Shown: positions 52,672-63,659 of the stretch, in pieces
How the letters are laid out: every line of letters starts with the position of its first letter
Position numbering within the stretch: position 1 is the first letter of the stretch
Assembly (NCBI GenBank): GCA_053919585.1
Contig: CM132795.1
Source of the DNA: Euprymna scolopes
Lineage: Eukaryota
DNA length: 64,000 nt
Reading direction: 5' to 3' (one strand)
Translations under genes and position numbers: made by a program
Notes under the pieces: model-generated
The model's database searches: none
What the model saw: only the letters and a program-made list of their open reading frames with translations
What the model was told of the DNA's origin: nothing

Positions 52672-53580
52672 AACGGAGTTGCACAACCATCACCCCGTGT
52701 GTAATTTGTATACTGATAGTATTTTAAAAAATATTTTCACTCGATTATTATTGATTGGACACTAATTAACCAGATTATGAAAATAAATTTGAAAAAAAAA
52801 CAATTTTGACATTTGAAAACGGGTGCTCACTTTTTAGTTATGCCGTTCTGGTAAATCAGTAACCCATTTATTTTTTTTTTTCTATTTTCTAAACATGGAA
52901 GTGAATTACTGTCCAAACACAGAAGTTAATAATTTTCATTAAAAATTGACAACGGCATGAAAAATTACGAAACATTTCTCCAGCATGTTAGCGAAATTTA
53001 TAATACTTAAATTTAAAAAAAAAAAGTTTGGAAAAAAATAAAAACCTCACCTTTCATAAACACAGAGAAATTATTGTAAAGAAACACCCACAAACTCACC
53101 TTTTCATAAAAACAAATAAATTATTTTTAAAAACGAACCCACAATCTCACTTTTCATTGACCAAAAACTAAGTAAAAAAAAAACAAACAAAAAAACTCGA
53201 AACTTTATTTTCATAAAACAAACATTTTTTTTAAAAAAGTAAAAAAAAAAATCATTTTCATTCTATTTTTTTTTCTTTTTCTTTGAGAAACAAAATAAAT
53301 ATTTCTGACTTACAATTGCGGTAGGTTCATGTCATTTTTACTTTCTAATGTTTTGATATTCCTGCATTTTTATTGGTTACAAAATGGGTGACCGATTTAC
53401 CAGAACGTTGTTACTAAAAAGTGAGCATCACTTTCAAATGTCGAAATAATGATTTTTTTTTTTCAATTTTTTTCATAATCTGGTTAATTAGTGTCCAATC
53501 AATAATAATCTAGTTAAAACATTTCAAAAAACCTATCAGTATACAAATTACACACGGGGTGATGGTTGTACAACTCTGCT
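52672..53580. mobile_element. Non-autonomous DNA transposon with ~200-bp TIRs and an 8-bp TSD
   Basis: TIR aacggagttgcacaaccatcaccccgtgtgtaatttgtatactgatag... / ...ctatcagtatacaaattacacacggggtgatggttgtacaactctgct. TSD GTTGTTTC at 52664-52671 and 53581-53588. Confidence 0.88.
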
Positions 53581-53791
53581 GTTGTTTCTACTATTGAGGA
53601 GACAAGATTCAAGTCTATATAAAAATAGCATTGGTTATTAAAAGTATTAGAAAAAAGTTTTAAATGGGTGAAAAGAACGTGAATTCTAACTTACATGGAA
53701 GAAAATAGTATTCTTTAATAAAGAATATATTAAGATAGGCGGAAATGTGTTGGGGAAAATGACTAACTATAGGAAGGATCGAGAGAGATAG

Positions 53792-53876
53792 TACAGTGAC
53801 CAAGAAGTCAATAAGGGGTTATGAAAGGATTTTTAACTTGAATAAATTCTTTATTTTTGATTAATATTATAGAATA

Positions 53877-53912
<36 letters not shown>

Positions 53913-54397
53913 TATTATTATAATATATTAATTAATATTAATAGAAGTTTGACATAATATGATGAACACAATGGAGATTTGTTTGCAAAAAAGAAAGAGT
54001 ACAAATTAAAAAGAATTTATGAAAATAACATCTTTTAAATGGTTTCACAAATTCGTGCCCTTTCCAAAACATTATCCATGACAGATTGCAAGATCATTCG
54101 ATTAGAATTTAATGCTCCAACTTCATTACTAATGTTCTCCTCAAATTCCTGTAGAGTTTCAAATGTGTTAATGTAAACTTTTTTTTTTTTGAGATACCAT
54201 CACAAGAAAACGTTGTTAACAGACTGAAAATGGAAATCATTTAAAAGATGTTTTTCATAAATAAATTCTTTTTTATCTTTCTCTTTTTTGCAAACAAATC
54301 TCCATTGTCTTTGTCATTATGTTAAAATTCCAGTAACTTATCATCGAAAATAAAGAATTTATTAAAATTAAAAATGACTTCTTTGCTATACCCTGTA
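53792..54397 (-). mobile_element. Internally deleted Tc1/mariner element with long inverted repeats
   Basis: TA-CAG...CTG-TA ends; arms ~53830-54045 and ~54235-54375. The core encodes, on the minus strand, a degenerate 'FLWxYLK.KVYIN..ETLQEFEENISNEV...LQSVMDNVLERARICE' transposase C-terminus. Confidence 0.78.
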
Positions 54398-54469
54398 TAA
54401 AATCCAATGCAAGATATGAGTCAGCCGATCTTTTTAGTTTTTTAGTGAAGGAGGAAAATTGTTGGGTTT

Positions 54470-55215
54470 TTTAGTATTATTCAGGAAAAAGGGGTCAATG
54501 CTTATGAAGGCCCAAAGGCCACTCAAGTATAAGAGTTAATGAGTGTCAGCTAGATGATGAGACAACACTGTGATCAGTAATGGTGGAACGTCAGTAGGGT
54601 TTCATTATTTAAGAGTATACCTCAGCAAGAACAGTTTTACATTATATTTGAAAACGGTCATATTATAGTCAGCTGAGAAACAACCCCATGGTATCGTGTT
54701 CCACAGATCGGTAGTTCTAAGAAAGAAATTTGCTAGTGGAATTTTCGTTTAGTTTTAGGCACAGATAGAGAATAGGGAAATTGTTGATAGTTGTAGTAGT
54801 TAGACGAGTGTCTGCTGTGAATTTTCTATGAGGAGGGACACAGATAGAAACTCAGTTAAGCACCTACCGTAAAAATAATGACAGAGCAGAGACATGCTTG
54901 CAACGATACTTCTGTGAAAAAAAGGAAGCAGGGAAGCGAATAGGGCTTCACCCACTAGATTTTGAAGTCGCTTTTGTATCCTGTCAAAACAGAAGAGTAC
55001 TCTTAACAGTTCTTTCCTAGTACTCCATCTTAAAACAGTTTTTGGCTCTTATACAGGTAGAGGGTAGCGTTAAAAGTGAGATACTTTGGAGCAGTAGAAT
55101 GATCCGACCATTTTTTTTTTTTTTTTTTTTCAACCATTTTTTTTTTTTAATGGATTTGATAGAAATCTTCCATTTCAGATCAGGGGTGAAGGACAATTTG
55201 GCAAAAGATAAACGA
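54470..55215 (-). mobile_element. CR1-group LINE 3' fragment
   Basis: Homologous to 2030-2645 (aaggccactcaag; tatagtcagctgagaaac; gcacctaccgtaaaaataatg; tactccatct...ttttggctcttataca). Confidence 0.8.
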
Positions 55216-56086
55216 TACACAAAATACATTTGACAACAGTTTGCTTACTTCTGACGAAAATAAAGAGACAAAAAGTTATCATGGCCTTTCTGAAAACGTT
55301 ATCATTTTCTGACAGGTACACAAGGTTAGAAAATCATGCCTACCATGGACTATAGGAGTCACTCACATAGCTTGTTGCTCTTGTGATATTGACATATGTC
55401 GAAACAAGAAATAAGTTTACACAGACATGAACTTTGTTTTATAGAAGAAACGATGCATTCAATTTTATATTTCTATGATGTACTTATTTCAATTTATTGA
55501 TATTTTTATGGCTTTGCTTTGACTATGAACAGAACAGAATTGTTTTTGTTTTTTTTTATATATGATTGTTGTACACAAACCAGAAAGAAAGACATTAAAT
55601 AAATGATACAAAAAATGTCATGATACATCATGCAGATGAAACATTTTTTGTTTTTAAATTCGTTGTATCATTTCTTTCTTTATTTTCCAGTCGAGCAAAG
55701 ATCTGATTGGATGAATAATTCACCAATAGGAAACGATTTCAGGATCTTTGGGAGAAAGAACCGAGCAATCATTTGATAGGCTTGTACGCTTGACTTAAAG
55801 TGCTTAAAAGAAAAAAAAAAAAGTTTAAAAAATAAAAACCGAAGTTAAATATCTTAACTGTCTGAGAAAAAAATTTTTTTTTTAATGCAAATAAAATAGA
55901 TATAAAATGTAGAAACCAGACAGTGAAAGACAAACCAGAAAGAATATATGCAAGATTTATTCATTCAATTTGTGCTATTTCAAATTTAATCAAAACTAAT
56001 GGACAGAGCATCATATAAAGATACACTGTTTCATTTAATAATATTGTTTCATATATTATTTAAAAATAAAGCTTTAGGGGGGGGGG

Positions 56087-56192
56087 CAATGAAAATGCTA
56101 TTTCAAAATCAAGCTTGGGGGACCAATGAAAATGCTATTTCAAAATCAAGCTTGACAAAGCAATGAAAATGCTATTTCAAAATAAAGCTTGA
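56087..56192. repeat. ~37-bp tandem repeat x3
   Basis: caatgaaaatgctatttcaaaatcaagcttg repeated three times. Confidence 0.9.
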
Positions 56193-56837
56193 CAAATAAA
56201 AATGCTTTAACAGTTAAACTTGAAAGACTAATGAATCGAGAGAGACTCCTATAGACTTACTACCATTAAAACTGAAGAGTAGAAAGAGAACCTCTCAGCA
56301 ACCTCATATCCTTAGCTTTCCCTGAGCTTGTCCTTTGATTTTCACATTCGATAATCAATGTTTTACAATAGGGGAAGAATTGCTGTTTTCTAAGTCTGTT
56401 ATTATGAGTAGGTGGTATGTATAGACGTTCAACCCTTTCATCATTCTAATGGCAGTCTATCCATCTCATTAATATTGGCTAAGTTTCAAGGCTCTACAAT
56501 AAACAGAACTAAAGTTATCACTAAAACTGTGATTCTCATCATTTTTATGACCTTGACTTGTGACCTATACATACATAAATTGTCAGTTTAAAGTTAGACC
56601 ATAACTGATCTTTGGACCAAGTTTAGTGACGGTTGGTCAAGCTATGTAGATACTAGGCTGTATGCAAACAAATAAACCAGCTCTATTGAAAACTCAACCT
56701 TCACCTTGGTAGAAATAATGTCAACACCCCTTTCTGACATTCATCGTTTATAGTCGCTCTCCAGATTATGATAGGCAGCTTTATTCAGGGATACCCATTA
56801 AACATTCAATTCTAATTCTGCTGAATAAAGTTTAAAC

Positions 56838-57515
56838 CTCTATCTCTATATAAAAGGAACCTTGTCTCTGTATGTCTGTGTGTTCTTTCACTATGGTTTC
56901 GAAAACGGCTGAGCCGATTTTTATGAAATTTCACACAAAGATAATTTATGTGCTTGGCAGTGTTCTTAAATAGGTTTTGTATCAGAATGTTTTCGATAAG
57001 TATCGATAATCGAAATAATCCGATAAAAAAGGAACAGGCGATTTTAACGAAAGTTAAGACCTTACACAGCCTATCATCAGAAGTGCATTTGAGAAGTTTT
57101 ATTTTCACACAAGCCGAAAGGCCCAATATATGAAATTAACAATAGGTTCTTTGATATGACAGAGTTGCGTTAAAAATGAATATTTTTGTTTATAGCACAA
57201 TTAAAGCTTTTAAAACCTTTTGCATTTTAAACTTTAATTCAAACCATTATACATAAAAAAATACTTTTATAAAATCAACAGTAGGTTTTCTACAATTCAA
57301 TGTAGACTACAATGTATTGTGGACTAAGTCACTGCGAGGAGGCATGCAAAGTTTCCGCTCAGTGCACTGTAATGGATCCCCAACTAGAGAGGGCAATTAA
57401 TCGATTTGATTGAAAAATGGGCGATTTCACGGATTTCGATGACAATAAAACATGGGAGTGTGAAGCAGTCATTGATCATCATTCAGTCCCGAAAAACATT
57501 GGGTCTCCCTGCTAG
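56838..57515 (+). mobile_element. Non-autonomous Helitron-like element, family C copy 2
   Basis: 5' TC start and 3' end gggtctccctgCTAGt; inverted homolog of 31167-31820. Confidence 0.75.
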
Positions 57516-58532
57516 TTAACTTATAAGTCTTAAGCTTTTTTCTTTACTGGCCTCTGATATCTTAGAAACAGTGTTATGTTATGTAAAGAAAAGGGCCTTA
57601 TTGTAAATAAGACATAACATCCCTTTACAACATCCGTATCTGCTTGTAACCCGTTCTATGGATTGCAGCAGTCAGCCATATTCAGATATACCTATCACAT
57701 GTGCAGTTCTGATCTTGTTTGTATTTTGTTGAATGAAGCTTGCATAAACTTCCAAATCTTTATTCTTGAGGATTTATTTGGTAAAATACAAGTGTGTGTG
57801 ATAAGTTTAAAAAAAGACACCAAAGAGCATAACTTCTATTCGTCAACCAAGAAAATTCTTATCAACACAGCCAAAACACTAACACAGTGATGTGCAAAGA
57901 TCTGTTGATGCCTAGTGTCAACTCCTTGATTGTATGCCCCAAAGACTCAAGTATAAGTCCTAGTACTGAAAGATTATTATGATAAAAGGAAATAGTTTGA
58001 ATAAGATTGGACGCCTGCCAATTTGGTTGCTCCAACCTCTGCATGCTACAGCTGGCAAACACATCTAGAGTTCTATGTTAAAGTAGGTATGATTGGTACC
58101 ATTATCATTATTGGTTGAACGTCCATTTTACATACTGTCATGCATTGGACAGTTTTGATAAATTGACTTCCAAAGTGGCCTATTTCTGACCAAGTCTTTA
58201 TTTATCCCTCTTTCAGTCATTCATTTTTTTATCACTAAAAAGAAAATTTACGAATTTATTAGGTGAAAATTGATAATTTGGACTATTTGGACCTGTGGAA
58301 TACCGGATAAAGTTCTAGTTAAAAAAAATTTGGTTCTAAGTGACAGTCTTTTGGAGGTTGAAGGTTCAATTCTCAATACAAATTATACTAAGAATACAAT
58401 TGTGAATTACTTAAGATTTCTACCTGGTTATGACTGATGAAACAAGAGCAATCTACCGCTGGAGATTAAATAAAGGGTTCCATGAGAAATTCTGTACAGG
58501 TTTGACGGAAAGATTCTCAAATTTGACACGAT

Positions 58533-58577
58533 GCACCTGGAGAAAATCAGAGGTCACATCGGTTGAAACGTTGTGAG
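58533..58577 (+). ncRNA. Minimal hammerhead motif (Penelope-type), degenerate
   Basis: gcac-CTGGAGA-aaatcagaggtcacatcggtt-GAAA-cgtt-gtga. Confidence 0.45.
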
Positions 58578-59259
58578 AATAACACTAAAGATAAGAGTAG
58601 TCTGAATAATCCAAATAATAGAAAATATACTTTCTAATATTTTTTTCGACTTCTTTTGAACTGCTTCTCTGTCGTTATCGTTTAATTGGATGAATGACCA
58701 ATTTGGGATGCAGATGCTCTATATAAAACATGGTCCTACTGAATTTGCAAGCTGAAGATTTGTATTATGAAGATAAGAATCCTGGACCGTTTGTTGTAAT
58801 CTACACCAACTAGACACTGGCTGGTGATGAAAAATCTAATTCAGAAAATGTACTAAAAGGAGGAAGCGTAAAACAAAGAACAATGGATCTTTCCATTATA
58901 TTACAAAGAGAAAAATAAAATGTATTCAATTTAAATTAGTGGAGAACATGATGTATATTACCTGTATGGACAAAGTAAAAGTGTTAAGCTATGTAAATAT
59001 TTATTTTATTCTTATAATCGCCTGTAATGAGGATTAAAGTGTCAATCTTAGGACTTATCATATGCAATGCCTTTATATGTTTTACCATGTGGGAGTTAAA
59101 GGTACAATCCCAACAATAACTAAGAATAAATAAAAAATTTATATTGTTTAGCACTTCTATCCAATCATGGTTAACAGATTAAAAAATCTATCATCATGGA
59201 TTAAATAAAAGCTTCAGTTTAAAATTTTGTGTCGGTTCTCGAGTTTGAAAAGATGCTTT

Positions 59260-59850
59260 CTTTTTTGTTTTTGTTTTTTTAACTAAGGATCACCACATAT
59301 CAAAATTTTTTGTTTTTGTTTTGTTTTTAAACTAAGGATCACCACATATCAAAATTTTTTGTTTTTGTTTTTTTTAAACTAAGGATCACCACATATCAAA
59401 ATTTTTTGTTTTTTTTTTAACTAAGGATCACCACATATCAAAATTTTTTGTTTTTTTTTAACTAAGGATCACCACATATCAAAATTTTTTGTTTTTGTTT
59501 TTTTTTAAACTAAAGATCACCACATATCAAAACCCAAGGTTAATGAGTATTTAGTAGACTGAGACAACATGATCGATAATGATAGAACTTGTGCAGAGTT
59601 TGATTATTTAAGAGGACGGTTAAACAGGAACTTGTTTGTATTAGATTTTAAAACGACCATGTTATAGTCAGCTGGGAAACAGGCCTGTGGTATTGTGTTC
59701 CACTGATCGACAGTCCTATGAAAGAAACTTTGCTCTTGGGAGTTTTTGCTTTGTTTTAGGCACTAGTAGAGAGTAAGGGAAATTATTGACAGTTGTTGTG
59801 GCTAGTAGATTATTTGTTGCAAATGTTTTGCAGGGAGGCCATAGGTTGAA
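59260..59850 (-). mobile_element. CR1-group LINE 3' fragment whose terminus and tail are tandemly repeated six times (59260-59535)
   Basis: The unit (T-rich)aactaaggatcaccacatatcaaaa resembles the family 3' end (T)n-ggtatcaccacattatcaagg at 60630. The LINE body continues at 59535-59850. Confidence 0.75.
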
Positions 59851-60567
59851 GCTCAGTCGAGCTTATTTAAAGTTGAAGATTACATTGGGCAAAATGCTGT
59901 GAAAATAGCATCCAAGATAATAATAACAATCAAAACAATGGAAATTATCAAAAAAAAAAAAAAAATCTGCAAATTCAGTTATATTCTGTAAAATGATTAA
60001 AAAATAACTTTTGTTGCAACTCTCTAGAAGAAGAAACATTTATAGCACAACTCTGCATCCCTACTGTGATAAAAATCAGAAGTGCAGAGTTTATGAATTA
60101 TGTTCAGCTATTTACGATCGGCACATGATATATGACGGTACTTATTCATTTGAATTGCTTATAACTATCTAGGGGAGGCTATATATTAATAAGTGTATGA
60201 ATTATTGTGCATTCGTTTCCACATTGCAAGTTTTCATAGCAACAACACTCATTATAGTGCTTTGTATCGTCTAACAGCAGATTATGACAGAGAAAAAGAA
60301 GAGTTAACTCGGATGGATAGAAAAAAAAAGGAAAGTAATTCATTATTAAAAGTTAACACTAAATCAGTTTTCTTATAAAATTTTATATACAACTTATTAT
60401 ATATACTAGCAGGACCTGTGGAAATTCCATAGCGGCATCTTTCATCTATTATATAAGTCTTACCTGTCTATTAAAATGCATGTATGTATGTATGTATGTA
60501 TGTATGTATGTCTGCCTTTTTTTGGGGTGAGGGTGCTGGGCCCCACACCCAACCTTCCCAGAAGGTA

Positions 60568-61167
60568 CATACAGCACCTAGTTTCCCAAATGGTCACCCA
60601 TCTGGTACTGGCCAGGCTCAATGTTTTTGTTTTTTTTGGTATCACCACATTATCAAGGCCAAGAGGCCACTCAAGGATAAGGGTTAAAGAGTGTACAGTA
60701 GAAATTGGACAATATAGTAATCAATAGTAATGAAAATTCAGTAAATTTGATAACTTATATGGAACGGCTCATCAAGAACTTATTTACATTAGACTTGAAC
60801 ACAACCATATTGTAGTCAGCCGGAAAGCAGGAAAACGGAAGACAATTCCGCAGGCATGCAGTTCTAAGAAAGAAGCTTTGTTCATGGAATCTATGTTTAG
60901 GTTTAGGCACAGATAAAGAGTGGGGGGAATTATTGATAGTGTTTTCAGCTAGACGAGTGTTTCTTGCAAAAGTTAGGCGAGGGAGGGCCATAGACAGAAG
61001 CTCAGTCGAACACTTTCCATGAAAATAACGATACATCAGAGACAAACTCGCAACATTTCTTCTGTGAGATAGAGGTTGCAGGGAAGAGAACAGGACATCT
61101 CCTATGATGTTGTTTAACTTCGATGATCTGGTGAGAACCGGTGTGTGCCAACATGATTGTGCCATAT
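60568..61167 (-). mobile_element. 5S-derived SINE head split by a CR1-group LINE fragment (LINE at 60626-61106)
   Basis: The 5S 3' half is at 60568-60625 and the 5' half at 61107-61167, with ATGTT on both sides of the insert. The insert encodes GDVLFSSLQPLSHRRNVASLSLMYRYFHGKCS...FKSNVNKFL. Confidence 0.9.
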
Positions 61168-61199
61168 TAACTAGAAAATACTATATATAAAAAAAATAG

Positions 61200-61580
61200 C
61201 ACGGTAACATAGATGCATAAGCACAAAAAGATTTCGGGTTAGTATGTGAGTCTGAAAGATCAGCTTAGATCTGTAGACCTCCAAGGAAGATAAAATGTGG
61301 ATAGTATATGGAAATATGTGCAGAAATGTTGATTTCGATGGTGCAGCCATATTGAAAGATTAGATGAGAGTTCTTGAGTTGGTAGAACAGTTGAATCATC
61401 AGGTTTGATTCACGGGCAAAAGCCAAGGAAAACATGGGAGGAAGTGATAAGAATGGACTTGAGAGAAAGAGGGATAAACAAATACCTGGTCAGAAATAGG
61501 CTAATTTGGAAATTATTTTCTTAAAGCCGTCCAACCCATGCCAGTATGTTAAACGTACATTAAACTAAATATGGTGATAT
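61200..61580 (+). mobile_element. RTE-clade LINE 3' fragment
   Basis: 'GQKPRKTWEEVIRMDL' motif and the family 3' end cgtccaacccatgc...gttaaac. Confidence 0.75.
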
Positions 61581-61941
61581 AATTACATGTGTAAAATATC
61601 CATTTTCTAAAGTTGAATATATCTATTTTCAAAACATTTCATTTAATTAAACTTGTCTGATGATATAATTATCTTAAAATATAATGTAAAACTCGTTAGA
61701 ACAAAAATTGTAATGCCTCAGCGCATCATCTCATTTATCCGACCACTCCATAGCACTGATTCCGTTTCCACTCTTTCTAATCAATATTATGTTACTAAGA
61801 ACGCATTAACCAGAAAAACGTTTATAATATCACTGTTGGCATTCTCAAAAAACCTGATTTCAGAAAATTCTTTTACAAGATGCAATTATCAATTATAATG
61901 TATCCCACAGTACACCATTGCCTTATTTTATGTGACATGTT

Positions 61942-61982
<41 letters not shown>

Positions 61983-61984
<2 letters not shown>

Positions 61985-62727
61985 AGCAAAAGTACCCGTC
62001 ATTGACTGGGTTCAAAAACAGCCTACAGAAAATGGACTCTGATTTATAAAAGCATGATAGGTTATGAAAAGAAAGGGTTGTAAATTTGGGTTGAATTTGG
62101 GGGTTTCAAAACCAAAGCAAAATATGATGAAAGTAAAAATAAAATAGATAAACCCCATAATTTATTATACCGTACCTGTTCACACTGAAACACTTATCAC
62201 AATATTCTGTGGGTCTATATTAAAAAAACTTGTTAAACTTTGTGACATATTTTCATTTCATGGAGGTCAGGTGCGAACGAACGCCCCATACTTTTATTAT
62301 ACCATATTTCTTCAAACTGAAACATAATTATCAAAGTATACTTACGCAGATAGATATGAAAAGTCTTTATTAAAGTTTGTGCCTATTTCCATTCTTTGGA
62401 GGCCAGACGCGGATGCAGACCCCACAATTTTATTTACCATCCCTATTTAAGTTAAAACATACTTATCAAAGTATTCTTATGTACATCTATATCAAAAACA
62501 CTTGTAAACGTTTTTTTTTTAATTTTAAAATTTTTTATTTCTATACTTTGTGGACCAGGCGCGAACACAGACCCCACTATTTTAATGAACCACCGTTCTG
62601 CCAGATCAAAAATACCCATTCTTGTGTCTCGATACATCTTCTATCATTATATGTAATCAGTTTTTTTAAATAGTCAACCATATAGGAGCCTATTCGTGAC
62701 ATACATACACACACACACACACAGCTT
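61983..62727 (-). mobile_element. Non-autonomous Helitron-like element, family B copy 2
   Basis: Highly similar reverse complement of 8250-8984. Confidence 0.75.
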
Positions 62728-63058
62728 TATATTTTATATATATATATCATATTATTTGAATTTATCGGACTACTGTTCTCATCTTGAGTGTCATTTTCAT
62801 AACGTTTCAGTCGTTGTAACCTCCGATCTTCTTCAAATGTATCTTGTTGAACTATCCAGTCATGACTGACGGAACGAGAGCATACTACCCCCATGAAGTA
62901 TCTAAAGGGTTCCATTTGAAATTCTGTCCAAATTCCTGAGTTCACCAAGACACATATGAAGGTCAGAAGTTATATCTACCGAAATGTTGTGAAAATGACA
63001 GTCCAATGAATCCAAATGATATGAATAACCAATCCTCATCTCAAAAATTTAGAAACGT

Positions 63059-63107
<49 letters not shown>

Positions 63108-63659
63108 TAAAGATTCAAGCAAGCAAGGACGCCTAGACGGTCCACAGAGCTTTATAATAATATAAATTTTTTAAAAAGAGCTTACGATTAAATAAGGAGA
63201 TAAATTTCTCCACTTAGCCCAGCTCCAGTTCAGCGGTAGAAAGAAACTGAAGATGTCTTGAAACAATGCAGGGATAAGCAGAGGTATCAAGATTCGTAAC
63301 TGACAGCTTTGTTTGTAAAAGTGTAACAGAAAGGAGACGGAGGAAAACTAAGCTGTTGAGTTCAATGTAGTGATCAATGCCTGAAGAATGTCTACTTTAA
63401 TGGCTTCTTTACTCAATCTGTTTGACTTTGAATTTCTTCCTCCTGGCCATACTGGCATACAGAAATTTAAATACAATGTGAACAAACATCTTACTGCCCA
63501 GCTATCCACTCAGGTTGCCCTCATAAACCTGGGCCCTATCACAGTAGCCTCTTAGGCTTCTGTGGCAATATGCCTTGTTAGGGGCCGAACAAAAGTAAAG
63601 AAGTAAAAAAAAAAAATCTTTAATAAAAAAAAAATATGTTTGGATGCAGAGGTTATAAC

